DNA of 56,657 bases from Prevotella sp. UBA1378 (GCA_002305505.1 DBRC01000040.1:1-56657); one strand, 5' to 3'; positions 12,912-24,038 are shown, counted from the first letter of the stretch. The notes: generated by a model from the sequence alone, not told the origin. A program made the numbers and translations.

Positions 12912-15464
12912 ATGCAGAAAAACATTGTGCTCATAATCTCATTATCGTTGAACTGGGTACTGCAAGTGGGTGCTCAGTCACAATGTACGGTGACTCATTT
13001 CGATGAGTTCAGCGGCATGGCACAATGGTATGTAACACAGATTGTGCAAGACAAGCAGGGTATGATGTGGTTTGCCACATGGAATGGCCTGAACCGATAT
13101 GATGGTTATACATTCGAGAGCTTTAAATCCCGTGTGGGGGATGATGTCGACATGCCATCTGACCGTATACTGAATATATACTTGGCTAAAGATGGTAACC
13201 TGAGATGCTATGTCGATAACAGGGTGTTTGGGTTCTGTACTCGCACATGTAAGTTTTATGCACTGACGAAGGCAGAGGAACGACGGATGGTTGGTATGTT
13301 TGAACGAATGCACCAGCGCGAACTGAAGTTTGCCGACTCGGGTAAGCCCAACATATATAAAGACGTGTATGGAACAGAATGGTCGATTAGCCAGTCGGGT
13401 AATCTGAAATACAAGGATTCGCATACAGGCAGGTTCGTGGATTACCCTTCGGATTGGCATGGGGCCGACCGTATGATATTCCGTACAGCCGACAGGGAGG
13501 GGAATGCTTGGTTTACAAGCAGTTACGGTGCCTTCAAATTATCGTTTAGAAGAAAACCCTACACTTTTTTGCGGCAGAAGAAACCTTACCAAGTGCGCTG
13601 CTTCTATCTGGACCGAAAGAATCGTTACTGGATAACAACGCGCGACGATGCAACCGTGAGACTCTATGACCGCGATAATCGGCTGCTTGGCTATTTAGGT
13701 GGCGACGGCAGGTTACACACAGAATACACCCCGTTCATTTCGAGAATATATAATGTGCTGCAAGATTCGAGAGGCACCTACTGGCTGTGCAGTAAGCCTG
13801 GAGGATTGTTCCGCATGAAGGAAACCGCCGAGGGAATTTTCAAAATTGAGAATTTCGTCCATGACAGCAGAAACAGCAATTCTTTGTCTGACAACGAATT
13901 GTATGATTGCATCGAAGACAGATGGGGACGCTTGTGGATTGCCAGTTTTAACCGTGGAATAAATTGCATCCCTAATCCGCAAGCCGGGAAACCGGTTTTC
14001 CTGCATCAAAGGAACGGGTTACGGCTGCCAAGAAATGGCGGTCAGCGCGTAAGACAGTTCCACATCACCCGGCAGCACATCTTGATGGCAGCAACCACAA
14101 CGGGTTTAATCGTGGCCGACATTGCACCAAAGGAGGCCCGCAAGGTAGAGTTCAATCTGCATACGAGGAATGTGCACCGCAGCCATAGCTTGAGCAACAA
14201 TGCAACGATGTATGTGTCGGAAGATGCAAAGCACCGCATCTATGTGTGTACGGAGAGCGGGGGCGTTAATCAGGTTACATCAAGCAATTTACTGTCCAAG
14301 GAACTGGAATTCAGGCATTTCAACTTGTCGAATGGTTTTCCTTCGGATGTAGCACTCTCGGCAGTGCCCTTTTCCCAAGGGATGCTCATTGTAAGCAATA
14401 ACCAGATTATCCGACTGAATCCTGACGAGAAGGAGCCAGGTAACTTTGAATCATACTTCTCGCAAGATAAACTGCGCTTTTCAGACGCAACACCAACCAT
14501 ACTGCCTGATGGCAGAAGGATATTCGGGCTACAGACGGGTGCTTTCACATTACCTTCAGGCAAAATCAGGAAGAGCCAGTTTGTGCCGCCAATAGCCTTT
14601 ACGGCATTATCGGTGAACAACGGTCAGCCCGACCTGTCGGTGAACCGGCTGGACACGCTGGTGCTCAACCCTAAGGAACGCAACCTATTCCTGCAGTTTG
14701 CTGCCCTTGAATATGCTGCCGATGGAACCATCCTGTATTCATTCAGACTGGGCGATGGCGACGAGCCGTGGAACAACATCGGCAAGGACCACTCGGTGAC
14801 TTTCCTGGAAATGGCGCCTGGAAGATATAAGCTGCAGATACGCTCGACCAACAGCGACGGCGTATGGGTGGACAACACTCGCACATTATATATAATTGTG
14901 AAGCCTACATTCTGGGAAACCCGTTGGGCCATGTTGCTGTATATATTGCTGATTGGGGCGACCGTATGGGGCGTGTTCTATATGCGCAAATATATCGTCG
15001 GCCTGAAACGCCGACAGAAAGAACTCCATGAAGACTATCTGGCCCTACTCAATTCAAACACGGCGGCTAAGCCACAAACAACCGCGGCAGGGAACGAACA
15101 CACCCAACCTAAAAAGAAGGCTAAGATGAAGCCCGAGGACGAACTCTTCATGCAGCGCGCCATGAAATTCATAGAGGAACATCTGGTCGACCCAGACATC
15201 AACATTGGCGACATGGTGGAGGCAACGGCTACCAGCCGGTCGGGATTGAACCGAAAGATGAAATCGTTGCTGGGCGTAACGCCTGTTGACTTTATACGCG
15301 AGGCAAGAATCCGCCGCGCCTGTCAGGCGCTGCAGGAAGGTGCATCGGTGAACGATGCCGCTTACAGTTGCGGTTTTTCGGATCCAAAGTATTTTGGAAA
15401 ATGTTTTAAAGCCGAAATGGGCATGACCCCAACAGAGTATAAAGCCGATTTTTTTGCCAAATAA
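12912..15464 (+). CDS. Membrane sensor-regulator: Reg_prop beta-propellers + Y_Y_Y + TM + AraC HTH, with no kinase or receiver domain
   Basis: QDKQGMMWFATWNGLNRYDGY propeller repeats; Y_Y_Y domain (PGRYKLQIRSTNSDGVW); PTFWETRWA TM; AraC C-terminus (AYSCGFSDPKYFGKCFK..GMTPTEY). ATG 12912 preferred over TTG 12876. Confidence 0.9.
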   Translation: MQKNIVLIISLSLNWVLQVGAQSQCTVTHFDEFSGMAQWYVTQIVQDKQGMMWFATWNGLNRYDGYTFESFKSRVGDDVDMPSDRILNIYLAKDGNLRCYVDNRVFGFCTRTCKFYALTKAEERRMVGMFERMHQRELKFADSGKPNIYKDVYGTEWSISQSGNLKYKDSHTGRFVDYPSDWHGADRMIFRTADREGNAWFTSSYGAFKLSFRRKPYTFLRQKKPYQVRCFYLDRKNRYWITTRDDATVRLYDRDNRLLGYLGGDGRLHTEYTPFISRIYNVLQDSRGTYWLCSKPGGLFRMKETAEGIFKIENFVHDSRNSNSLSDNELYDCIEDRWGRLWIASFNRGINCIPNPQAGKPVFLHQRNGLRLPRNGGQRVRQFHITRQHILMAATTTGLIVADIAPKEARKVEFNLHTRNVHRSHSLSNNATMYVSEDAKHRIYVCTESGGVNQVTSSNLLSKELEFRHFNLSNGFPSDVALSAVPFSQGMLIVSNNQIIRLNPDEKEPGNFESYFSQDKLRFSDATPTILPDGRRIFGLQTGAFTLPSGKIRKSQFVPPIAFTALSVNNGQPDLSVNRLDTLVLNPKERNLFLQFAALEYAADGTILYSFRLGDGDEPWNNIGKDHSVTFLEMAPGRYKLQIRSTNSDGVWVDNTRTLYIIVKPTFWETRWAMLLYILLIGATVWGVFYMRKYIVGLKRRQKELHEDYLALLNSNTAAKPQTTAAGNEHTQPKKKAKMKPEDELFMQRAMKFIEEHLVDPDINIGDMVEATATSRSGLNRKMKSLLGVTPVDFIREARIRRACQALQEGASVNDAAYSCGFSDPKYFGKCFKAEMGMTPTEYKADFFAK

Positions 15465-15550
15465 GGAGTAGAAACACGTCAATATCGCATTTTGACAAAA
15501 AAACACTCCAAAATGGGAAAATTATTCTCCTCACTTGGATTTTAGTTGAG

Positions 15551-15558
15551 TATTTTTG
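15551..15558 (+). promoter_or_regulatory. -7 box (TATTTTTG) for susC
   Basis: TAnnTTTG consensus ~60 nt upstream of the susC ATG. Confidence 0.65.
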
Positions 15559-15618
15559 CCGTGTCAAAAAATGAACGGCTAATACTGAAATCTAAGTAAA
15601 TTAATAATTAACTTAAAC

Positions 15619-18600
15619 ATGAAAAAGTGTATTTATTATGCTATGAGAACTTTTTCTTTGGCGGTGGTACTGACAATAGCCCAGGTGAGCTTTGCACAGA
15701 CCAAGACCATCAAAGGGACAGTTACCGACGGCAGCCAAGAGCCGCTGATCGGCGTAAGCGTTACGATTAAAGGTACGCGCAACACTGGTGTTATTACCGA
15801 TGTAAACGGTAATTACTCTATTACGGTGCCTAACAACAAGGCCGTGCTGGTTTTCAACTACATTGGCTTCTGTGAGATGCAGCAGGACGTAGGCGGGAAG
15901 TCAACATTGAACGTTCAGCTGAAAGAAGACAATATCGGCCTCAACGAGGTAGTGGTTATTGGTTACGGAACAGTGAAGCGCAAGGACCTTACGGGCTCGG
16001 TAGCCTCAGTGAGAGGTGAGGACTTGGCTGCTGTACCTGTGAACAACGTGGCTCAGGCCCTGCAGGGCCGGCTGGCTGGCGTGAACGTAGTATCAAGCGA
16101 CGGACGTCCTGATGCCGAAGTTTCAATCCGCGTACGTGGCGGCGGGTCAATCACCCAAAGCAATGCACCTCTGTTTATAGTAGACGGCTTCCCTGTTACG
16201 GCTATCAATGACATTCCTGCATCAGAAATTGAAAGTATCGACGTGCTGAAGGATGCTTCATCAACAGCTATATACGGTGCCCGTGGTGCTAACGGTGTAA
16301 TCCTCGTGACCACCAAGAAGGCCGGAGGCGGAAAAGTGAAGGTGAGTTACGACGGCTACGTGCAGATGAAGAATGTGGCTGAGACACTGGGGACGATGAG
16401 CGCTCAGGACTACGTGAACTATACCTGGGGATATGGTACCTCAAGAGGTGAGGGCGTGGGCGACGCTGTCGCAAAGTACTTCGGCCTGGGCAGCAAGTAT
16501 GGCAATCACTATGCCGATTATGCCAATACAGGGACACATGATTATACTGACGATTTGCTGCGCACCGCATGGACCCACTGTCACAATGTAGCTATAAGCG
16601 GGGGTGCCGAAAAAACACACTTCGCGGCTAATGTAAACTACATCAATGATCAGGGTATTAAGATTCGTTCAGGACTGGAGAAATTCTCAGCTTCGCTGAA
16701 GTTGCAGCAACAGTTGCTCAGCAACTTGATCTTCGACATCGACCTGCGCTATTCAGAGACCACCAACAATGGACAGGAACGCGTGCAGAGCGGTCGGGGG
16801 TCTGAGGTTTCGGGAGCTTACAAGTATCGTCCAATTGACAACCCACTGGGCGGCGTAGGCGTTTCTGAAATTTCAGGCTTGAGCTTTGGTGTTAAGAATA
16901 TCGACGACAGTTATCATGCAAACCCTTTGATGCTTGTAGAGAGTGTTACCAACTGGCGTAACTCACGCAATCTGCGTGGCAGCGGCTCACTGACATGGGA
17001 AACCATGAAAGGACTGACAGCCCGCACGGAGGTATCCGTATCGCGCATGAACGGCACATCAAAATACTATGACAACGGCTATAACGACTCTGCTGAGAAG
17101 CGTGCAACACTTGGTCGCAGCACAGGCACAGGCCTACGCTGGCTGAACACACTGAACTATGTATTCGACCTGGATAAGGATAACTCGTTCAACGCGTTAT
17201 TGGGCCATGAGTTAATCAAAAACACCTCAGAGTCATCGCAGCTGGCTGGCTATGGCTATCCCGACAATTTTGATTACGACACAGCTATCGGCATGATCAA
17301 TACTGCAACACGTTCGTTCTCGGCCATCAACTCAATCGGAGTCCCTACGCATACAGTATCGTACTTTGCCCGGCTTAACTACACACTGATGAATCGCTAT
17401 CTGTTCACGGCCACCATGCGTGCCGATGGCAGTTCGAAGTTTGCTCCTAACAACCGTTGGGGCTACTTCCCCGCAGCCGCCTTCGGATGGCGCGTAAGCG
17501 AGGAACCTTTCATGTCTGGCACAAGAGACTGGCTGTCAAACCTGAAACTCCGTTTGTCATACGGAACATCGGGCGCCGACAATATCAGCTCAAACCTATG
17601 GCGGGAGACATGGAAAACCACCAGCGCTGCCAACAACAAGGTGACCATTAATGGAGAGAAAACCCCTTTCTATCAACCTGACGGTCTGTTGGCAAACAAC
17701 GACCTGAAGTGGGAGACAACCATTTCGCGCAACTTGGGTATTGACTATGGATTCCTGGACGGACGCATAAATGGTAGTCTGGAACTATACTGGAACACTA
17801 CAAAAGACCTGCTGATGCTCGTACCTATTGACAATACGACCGGTTATACCTATCAATATCAGAACTTTGGACAGACATCAAACCGCGGTTTCGAAATCTC
17901 TGCTCATGTTGACGTCGTTCGTACCAAGGATTTGCGCTTCAACGTAGGGCTGGTCCACAACTATAATAAGAATAAGGTTGACAACCTGAACAATGCCGAC
18001 ATCTACCAATATTCATCATACTGGGCTTCATCGGCAACAATGCCCGTTAACGACTATATGCTTGAAGAAGGCAAGGCAGTAGGTATTGTACGCGGATTCA
18101 AATCTGCTGGTTTCTACACTGTTGGCGACTTTAATTACATCAACGGACAATATGTGCTGAAGGCTGGTGTGCCAGACTTCGACCGTTCCATCTCGGCCAA
18201 CTACATGAATCCTTATGATCTTCCAAACGGACAGAGTGCCTTCCCGGGTGCAGCTAAGTTTGTGGATACTGATGGCAGCGGGCGTGTGACACTTGATGAT
18301 GCAACCGAGCTGGGTGAGGTGATGCCGCACCACACAGGTGGTTTCTCGCTGAACCTACAATACAAGAACTGGGATGCAAGTGCCAACTTCAACTACGTAC
18401 TTGACGGCAAGATATACAATGCCAATGCCATGATGAACCTATCGGGGGGTGAATATGGTGACTTGACAGCTCAGAAACTGGCTTTCGTTGCTGATGCTTA
18501 CAAGATATATAATGTGAACACATCGGGCGAACTCTATGCTGTGACCGACCCAGAAGAACTCAATACACTGAATGCCAATGCTAAGTATCCTGTGCCTTAC

Positions 18601-18915
18601 CATCAGAACGGCATTGTCACCGACCGGTTCCTTGAGAGTGCTGCTTACCTACGCCTACAGACATTGACCATTGGCTACACACTGCCAAAGAGTCTGCTGA
18701 CAAATGCTGGTATCAGCAATATGCGTCTCTATCTAACTGCAAGTAATCTCTTTACCATCACAGGGTATTCTGGCGTAGATCCAGAGGTGAACGCCAGTAC
18801 CACTGGCCGCACCGGATTTCAGGAAAGTGTAAAGGTTTTGCCTACACTCAACATGGACTGGGGAGCTTATCCCCGTGCACGCACCTTTACATTTGGTGCA
18901 AATATCAGTTTCTAA
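15619..18915 (+). CDS. susC: SusC/RagA family TonB-dependent transporter
   Basis: EVVVIGYG, plug motif IESIDVLKDASSTAIYGARGANGVILVTTK, LKWETT, C-terminal YPRARTFTFGANISF. Confidence 0.97.
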   Translation: MKKCIYYAMRTFSLAVVLTIAQVSFAQTKTIKGTVTDGSQEPLIGVSVTIKGTRNTGVITDVNGNYSITVPNNKAVLVFNYIGFCEMQQDVGGKSTLNVQLKEDNIGLNEVVVIGYGTVKRKDLTGSVASVRGEDLAAVPVNNVAQALQGRLAGVNVVSSDGRPDAEVSIRVRGGGSITQSNAPLFIVDGFPVTAINDIPASEIESIDVLKDASSTAIYGARGANGVILVTTKKAGGGKVKVSYDGYVQMKNVAETLGTMSAQDYVNYTWGYGTSRGEGVGDAVAKYFGLGSKYGNHYADYANTGTHDYTDDLLRTAWTHCHNVAISGGAEKTHFAANVNYINDQGIKIRSGLEKFSASLKLQQQLLSNLIFDIDLRYSETTNNGQERVQSGRGSEVSGAYKYRPIDNPLGGVGVSEISGLSFGVKNIDDSYHANPLMLVESVTNWRNSRNLRGSGSLTWETMKGLTARTEVSVSRMNGTSKYYDNGYNDSAEKRATLGRSTGTGLRWLNTLNYVFDLDKDNSFNALLGHELIKNTSESSQLAGYGYPDNFDYDTAIGMINTATRSFSAINSIGVPTHTVSYFARLNYTLMNRYLFTATMRADGSSKFAPNNRWGYFPAAAFGWRVSEEPFMSGTRDWLSNLKLRLSYGTSGADNISSNLWRETWKTTSAANNKVTINGEKTPFYQPDGLLANNDLKWETTISRNLGIDYGFLDGRINGSLELYWNTTKDLLMLVPIDNTTGYTYQYQNFGQTSNRGFEISAHVDVVRTKDLRFNVGLVHNYNKNKVDNLNNADIYQYSSYWASSATMPVNDYMLEEGKAVGIVRGFKSAGFYTVGDFNYINGQYVLKAGVPDFDRSISANYMNPYDLPNGQSAFPGAAKFVDTDGSGRVTLDDATELGEVMPHHTGGFSLNLQYKNWDASANFNYVLDGKIYNANAMMNLSGGEYGDLTAQKLAFVADAYKIYNVNTSGELYAVTDPEELNTLNANAKYPVPYHQNGIVTDRFLESAAYLRLQTLTIGYTLPKSLLTNAGISNMRLYLTASNLFTITGYSGVDPEVNASTTGRTGFQESVKVLPTLNMDWGAYPRARTFTFGANISF

Positions 18916-18947
18916 CTTAATGTTTGACAATAAAACAGCATACAGAT

Positions 18948-21080
18948 ATGAAGAAATATACAACAACGGTAATGGCAGCTACGATGCTGCTCTTTGCTAC
19001 AGGATGTGCCGATTATTTGGAAACGACGTCGCCCAGTGTAGTCGACAAGGAGTTTGTCTTCAGCAATGCACAGTCGGCCCGTTCTGCCCTTTACTACGGT
19101 TACCAGACACTGCAGAATGCCCGCAGCCTTCACTCCGTGGGATTTTTCTGGACCCCGGTATGGGGCTCAGATATAGAGGATGCCCAGGATACCTATAGCG
19201 AGGGCAGCGCTGGTTGCCAGGAGAAAACTTTCTATCCAGGCGGAACTGAAAACTATAACATCAACTCGGGTGAAGGAACCGAGGTGTTCGGACAGATGTA
19301 TAACACCATTGCCGTATGCAACTCGCTCATCAATGCATTCGAAGAGAAGGCCAATTTCCAAGAAATCATGACTGGTGAACCTAACGAAATGTCGGATATC
19401 TACGGACAAGCCGTTGCATTGCGTGCTACCTGCTACTGGGAGTTGTTCAAATGGTATGGCGACGTGCCTCATGCACTGAAGACCGGCGAAAAGGCCGAAG
19501 GATTGACTTCGCGCTTTGCCATTGCCGATTATCATATTGCAAAGCTTTGCGAGGTTGAACCACACATGTTCCGCGTAGGCGAGAGTTCACATCGTGCCGA
19601 CGTGATGAACCGTACGTATGTGCAGGGACTTATTGGCCGTATGTGCCTTTATAACGGCGGCTACAACACACGTAGAACCGACTTGGGCACCAGCTTCTAT
19701 ATTGATGGCGAAGGCAAGCAGCTGAGCTTTGAAGACTGGAGCGTAGAAAAGAATAAGGCCATTTATGGCCGCCGCACAGACTGGAAACATCTCTATCAGA
19801 TTGCTCGCGAATATCTGCAAGCTGCTGTGAGTAACCACGGAGCCATTAAGCTACATCTCACCGATCCGCGTACGAACGAAGCCAATGGCCGTGAATATGG
19901 CAATCCCTTCCAGTATTGCTTCCAGCAAATGCATTGTGGTGTTGCAGATGGCCTGGCCGACGAATCGGTATACGAGATTCCGATGGAATACAATAATGGC
20001 GCCGACCGTCCTGCTTATATCGGCCGCCCATCACGCGGGGGTAATGGCGATGCACCTTGCGTAGGCTGCGGTCAGGATCGTGTTCAGGCCTGGTTCTACT
20101 ATGGAGCATTCGACCCTAAGGATCTCCGCCGTGACGCTTCAATCACTGTTACAGGTAGCGACGGCCAGGGACACGAGGATATACAGTCGTTCAACCGTTC
20201 AAACTGGGGTTGTGGGGCTGGCCCTGCAACAAACAAATGGGACTGGAATCGTTTGCAGGCTCCAAATACCAATAGCTATGGTACATCGGGTATCAACGTT
20301 AGCTACATGCGTATCTCGGATATCTATCTAATGCTGGCTGAGGTCCTGGCAGCTTTGGGAGATGACGGAGCCGCAAAGAGCACGCTGGCCATTGTGCATA
20401 ATCGCAACTATGAAGGCGGTGTAGATCCAAACTTCGATAAGTTTATCAGCCAGTGTGGTTCGGTGTGGGACGCCGTGATCCAAGAGCGTGCATTTGAGTT
20501 CCTGGGTGAGGGTGTACGTCGTTTCGACCTTATACGCACAGGAAAATTGCCAAAAGCAGCCGTGGAGAACCGTAAGGAAATGACCCGTATCATCGACGAA
20601 GTTGTGACTAATGGCTATGCTAAGTTTGCCAACGGCAACGAACTGCCAGCCTATATATGGACAAAGATGGTCGATGCCAAGAAAGAATACGGATTCCGCT
20701 TGACAGGCCAATGCCCTGCTGGCAAGGAAGACAATCCTGTATTCTATCCAAGTTGGCGTGGTCAGCACGACGATTGGGGGGCACTCTATCCCAAGGTAGC
20801 AGGAGCTACAGAAACTAACGTAGCCATCAAGGGCTTGTTCAAGCACATTACCCCTGGCAGTGCCGAGGCTAAGGCGCTGGAAGCTGAGGGCTATGAGCAA
20901 AAGCCATGGGCTGTGGACATGGATAGATTCCGTGATTCATATGCGACAAAATTGCTTGCTGGTTACAGTGATGCCGACTATGCAGCAAGGAACCCTCCAA
21001 TCTACTTGTTGCCATTTACCTATAACACATTGACAACATCAAACATCACCAATGGTTATGGTTTCCGTCAAAAGCAGTGA
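18948..21080 (+). CDS. susD: RagB/SusD family glycan-binding lipoprotein
   Basis: Lipobox ATGC-ADYLE; YMRISDIYLMLAE and ERAFEFLGEGVRRFDLIRTG SusD motifs; directly follows susC. Confidence 0.94.
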   Translation: MKKYTTTVMAATMLLFATGCADYLETTSPSVVDKEFVFSNAQSARSALYYGYQTLQNARSLHSVGFFWTPVWGSDIEDAQDTYSEGSAGCQEKTFYPGGTENYNINSGEGTEVFGQMYNTIAVCNSLINAFEEKANFQEIMTGEPNEMSDIYGQAVALRATCYWELFKWYGDVPHALKTGEKAEGLTSRFAIADYHIAKLCEVEPHMFRVGESSHRADVMNRTYVQGLIGRMCLYNGGYNTRRTDLGTSFYIDGEGKQLSFEDWSVEKNKAIYGRRTDWKHLYQIAREYLQAAVSNHGAIKLHLTDPRTNEANGREYGNPFQYCFQQMHCGVADGLADESVYEIPMEYNNGADRPAYIGRPSRGGNGDAPCVGCGQDRVQAWFYYGAFDPKDLRRDASITVTGSDGQGHEDIQSFNRSNWGCGAGPATNKWDWNRLQAPNTNSYGTSGINVSYMRISDIYLMLAEVLAALGDDGAAKSTLAIVHNRNYEGGVDPNFDKFISQCGSVWDAVIQERAFEFLGEGVRRFDLIRTGKLPKAAVENRKEMTRIIDEVVTNGYAKFANGNELPAYIWTKMVDAKKEYGFRLTGQCPAGKEDNPVFYPSWRGQHDDWGALYPKVAGATETNVAIKGLFKHITPGSAEAKALEAEGYEQKPWAVDMDRFRDSYATKLLAGYSDADYAARNPPIYLLPFTYNTLTTSNITNGYGFRQKQ

Positions 21081-21149
21081 TTCTCCGTCCCAAATCTCCG
21101 TATTAGACTTAAAGTAAGTTGCCATCATTTTTTAGAGTAGAAACATATA

Positions 21150-21178
21150 AGGGGGAAGTGCGTGATGTGCTTCCCTCT
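21150..21178 (+). terminator. Hairpin between susD and the CE8 gene
   Basis: AGGGGGAAG...CTTCCCTCT inverted repeat; no U-tract on + strand, so possibly an mRNA stabiliser. Confidence 0.4.
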
Positions 21179-21192
21179 AAAAAAGAAAATCA

Positions 21193-22326
21193 ATGAAAAA
21201 GATTATATCAGCTATATGGGTGTCTCTATGGATTGCCACAGGGGCACATGCATCAGGTAAGATATTCCGTGCTGTCGTTGCTTCTGATGGTAGCGGTGAT
21301 TACAAGTCGGTGCAAGCGGCTATTGACGCTGTGCCCGACAACAATCTCAATCAGTATAATATATATATCAAGCCAGGGACCTACAAGGAGCATGTCTTCA
21401 TTCCCCGGGGGAAAGGCCGTCTGAGCCTTATTGGCGAAGACTGTGACAAGGTGTTTATTTCGGACGACAGGAAGAGTGGCGGACCGAATAATTATCCTGT
21501 AGATATGGGTGCAACAGTGGTTATCCATGCCTGCGATGTAACGCTGCAGGGAATAAGTTTTGTGAATTCACATGGTTATAAGGCCAATGATGGTCCACAG
21601 GCTTTGGCACTCTATGCAAAGGGCGACCGCATTGCTATGGATCATTGCAAGATATTGGGGTTTCAAGATACTTACCGTACCCCGGAAGCTGATAATGGCC
21701 GTAACTACCTAAGTAACTGTTTGATTCTTGGTGGAATTGATTTCATCTATGGTAATGGTAATGTGTGGTTTGAAAAATGTACCATTAAAGTAAACTTGAA
21801 AAAAGGAGGTTGGATTGTCGCACCAAAACACCGCCCAGAAACCCGCTGGGGTTACGTATTTAATAGCTGTAAGCTCACAGCTGATGGTGATCCGAAGAAA
21901 ACGAGTATATGGCTTGGACGCCCCTGGCACCATCAGCCACAAACCGTTTATCTCAACACTCGTTCGGAAATCACATTGCCAGCCGAGGGATGGTATCCGA
22001 CGATGAACGGGCTGCCTTCTGTGTTTGCCGAATATAATACGATGGATGGTGACGGCCGCCCTATAGACCTTTCAAAGCGAATCAACCGTTATTACAGAAT
22101 AGACGAGAAAGGCGACACCATTTGGTGTACGGCAAAGAATGTTCTGACAGCCGAAGAGGCAGCTCTCTACACAGTAGAAGCTGTAATGAGCGGCGATGAC
22201 TTGTGGCAGCCAAAAAGGATTTTCCTGCCTTCAGAAAAGCCGGCAGGCTATATTGTCGTAAATGGCCGTAGTCTGCCGGTAAACGAATATGGCTGCTTTT
22301 ATAGAGAGCCGCCACGCGGATGTTGA
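21193..22326 (+). CDS. Pectin methylesterase (CE8)
   Basis: Signal peptide; VASDGSGDYKSVQAAIDA, GTYKE, QALAL, QDT, DFIYG, LGRPW CE8 motifs. Confidence 0.95.
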   Translation: MKKIISAIWVSLWIATGAHASGKIFRAVVASDGSGDYKSVQAAIDAVPDNNLNQYNIYIKPGTYKEHVFIPRGKGRLSLIGEDCDKVFISDDRKSGGPNNYPVDMGATVVIHACDVTLQGISFVNSHGYKANDGPQALALYAKGDRIAMDHCKILGFQDTYRTPEADNGRNYLSNCLILGGIDFIYGNGNVWFEKCTIKVNLKKGGWIVAPKHRPETRWGYVFNSCKLTADGDPKKTSIWLGRPWHHQPQTVYLNTRSEITLPAEGWYPTMNGLPSVFAEYNTMDGDGRPIDLSKRINRYYRIDEKGDTIWCTAKNVLTAEEAALYTVEAVMSGDDLWQPKRIFLPSEKPAGYIVVNGRSLPVNEYGCFYREPPRGC

Positions 22327-22384
22327 CCACAGTGATGATGCTACATTTTCCGTAAATTATACTGCGTAATAATTTGTTCATCCG

Positions 22385-23326
22385 TTAACTCGTAATAAGT
22401 TTTCCCCGGAAGTAATCGATGATGTAATCAAGCCCCTCATCGAGCTTCACCTTTGGTTCCCAACCTATGACCGACTTGGCCAGCGCAATGTCAGGACAAC
22501 GCTTTTGGGGGTCGTCGCTCGGAAGCGGCCGGAAAACAATCCTGCTCTTTCCGCCCACCTTTGCGATCACCTTCTCAGCCAGTTCGAGCATGGTGAATTC
22601 GCCCGGATTACCGATATTTACAGGCCCTACGAAGTCGTCGCCGGTAGCCATCACGCGTATCATGCCCTCTATCAAATCGCTCACGTACTGGAACGAGCGT
22701 GTCTGCTGGCCGTCGCCGTAAATCGTGATGTCCTCGCCTTTCAATGCTTGGACGACGAAGTTGGAAACCACGCGCCCGTCGTGGATGGCCATCCGGGGGC
22801 CATAGGTATTGAAGATGCGAATCACCTTTATGCGCACGCCGTGCAGGCGGTGGTAGTTGAAGTAGAGCGTCTCTGCACAACGCTTCCCCTCGTCGTAACA
22901 CGCCCGTTCGCCTATCGGGTTCACGTTTCCCCAATAGCTCTCGGGCTGCGGATGCACGGCAGGGTCGCCGTACACCTCGCTGGTAGAGGAAAGCAGTATC
23001 TTGCAATGAGTGCGGCGGGCCAAACCGAGCATGTGGAAGGCACCGAACACCGATGTTTTCGTTGTCTGTATAGGGTCTTGCTGATAATAAATCGGCGAGG
23101 CCGGGCATGCAAGGTTATAGATTTCGTCCACTTCGGCCCAATAGGGGTTGATGACATCGTGGCGCACCAGTTCGAAATTAGGCCTGCCTATCAGATGCCA
23201 GATATTCTCCTTCGAGCCCGAGTAAAAGTTGTCGAGGCAAATCACGTCGTTGCCTTCATTAACAAGCCGTTCGCACAGATGCGAGCCGATAAACCCGGCG
23301 CCGCCGGTAACCAGAATCTTTTTCAT
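22385..23326 (-). CDS. UDP-glucuronic acid decarboxylase (UDP-xylose synthase)
   Basis: [53 protein letters not shown]. Confidence 0.93.
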   Translation of the reverse strand: MKKILVTGGAGFIGSHLCERLVNEGNDVICLDNFYSGSKENIWHLIGRPNFELVRHDVINPYWAEVDEIYNLACPASPIYYQQDPIQTTKTSVFGAFHMLGLARRTHCKILLSSTSEVYGDPAVHPQPESYWGNVNPIGERACYDEGKRCAETLYFNYHRLHGVRIKVIRIFNTYGPRMAIHDGRVVSNFVVQALKGEDITIYGDGQQTRSFQYVSDLIEGMIRVMATGDDFVGPVNIGNPGEFTMLELAEKVIAKVGGKSRIVFRPLPSDDPQKRCPDIALAKSVIGWEPKVKLDEGLDYIIDYFRGKLITS

Positions 23327-23390
23327 AAGCACTTTAAATTATCAGATTAATCCTCCTCCTGGAGCCGCCCGCCTGTCGCGGAGCAGCCCC

Positions 23391-23984
23391 CTACGGCTTT
23401 ACCCATGCCCCGATGACCTCGGCAATATATACGGCATGGATGCCGGGGGCAAAGTTCTTGTAGGCTTCGCAGGGCGTACCGTTGCGGAAGTCGTCCCGGG
23501 TTTGGTGGAACACCGTCATTATCTCGCACTCGATGATGCTCTTGGCCTCCTTGAAATAAGGTGTGCCGTTTTTCGTATAGGCTACGTGCAGGCCCAGCGC
23601 GGCAGCCTTGTCGCCGTCGCGCCCGCTCTTACGCCCCATGTACTCTATTACCTTCAAGTCGTCAAACTCCATCACCGTGAACCGCGGGTATTTCTCCATG
23701 AACTGGTACGTATAGCGGCCGGGAGCCACGTAAACCGTGACCGTAGGGCGGTGATAGCCCAGGTAGTTGCCCATCGCGCCCCAGCCGATGGTCATGGCAT
23801 TGTAAGCGGTGCTGTCGCCCGAGGCCAGGATGGGGGCGTTGGTGAAAAACGTGAAGGCATTCTGCGTGAAATCCTTCTGTACGTTGATGCCCCTGAAACC
23901 GTCAGTCTCCTGTGCTACGGTGTTGCCGGGGAATAATCCCGGCAGTGCTGCGGCCATGAAAATGGCGAATACGTATCTTCTCAT
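23391..23984 (-). CDS. Flavin reductase-like protein with signal peptide
   Basis: NAMTIGWG, VYVAPGRYT, GRKSGRDGDK, H..YIAEV split-barrel motifs; N-terminal signal ending AQ. Confidence 0.85.
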   Translation of the reverse strand: MRRYVFAIFMAAALPGLFPGNTVAQETDGFRGINVQKDFTQNAFTFFTNAPILASGDSTAYNAMTIGWGAMGNYLGYHRPTVTVYVAPGRYTYQFMEKYPRFTVMEFDDLKVIEYMGRKSGRDGDKAAALGLHVAYTKNGTPYFKEAKSIIECEIMTVFHQTRDDFRNGTPCEAYKNFAPGIHAVYIAEVIGAWVKP

Positions 23985-24038
23985 CTTATCCTTATATTCC
24001 GTAAATGCTGGTAATAAAATAGCGGATGCGTCCGCGGA

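Noticed and set aside
15472-15538. Operator repeats upstream of susC (CTCC at 15506 and 15527)
   Set aside because: The 21-bp spacing is suggestive but the match is too short to support
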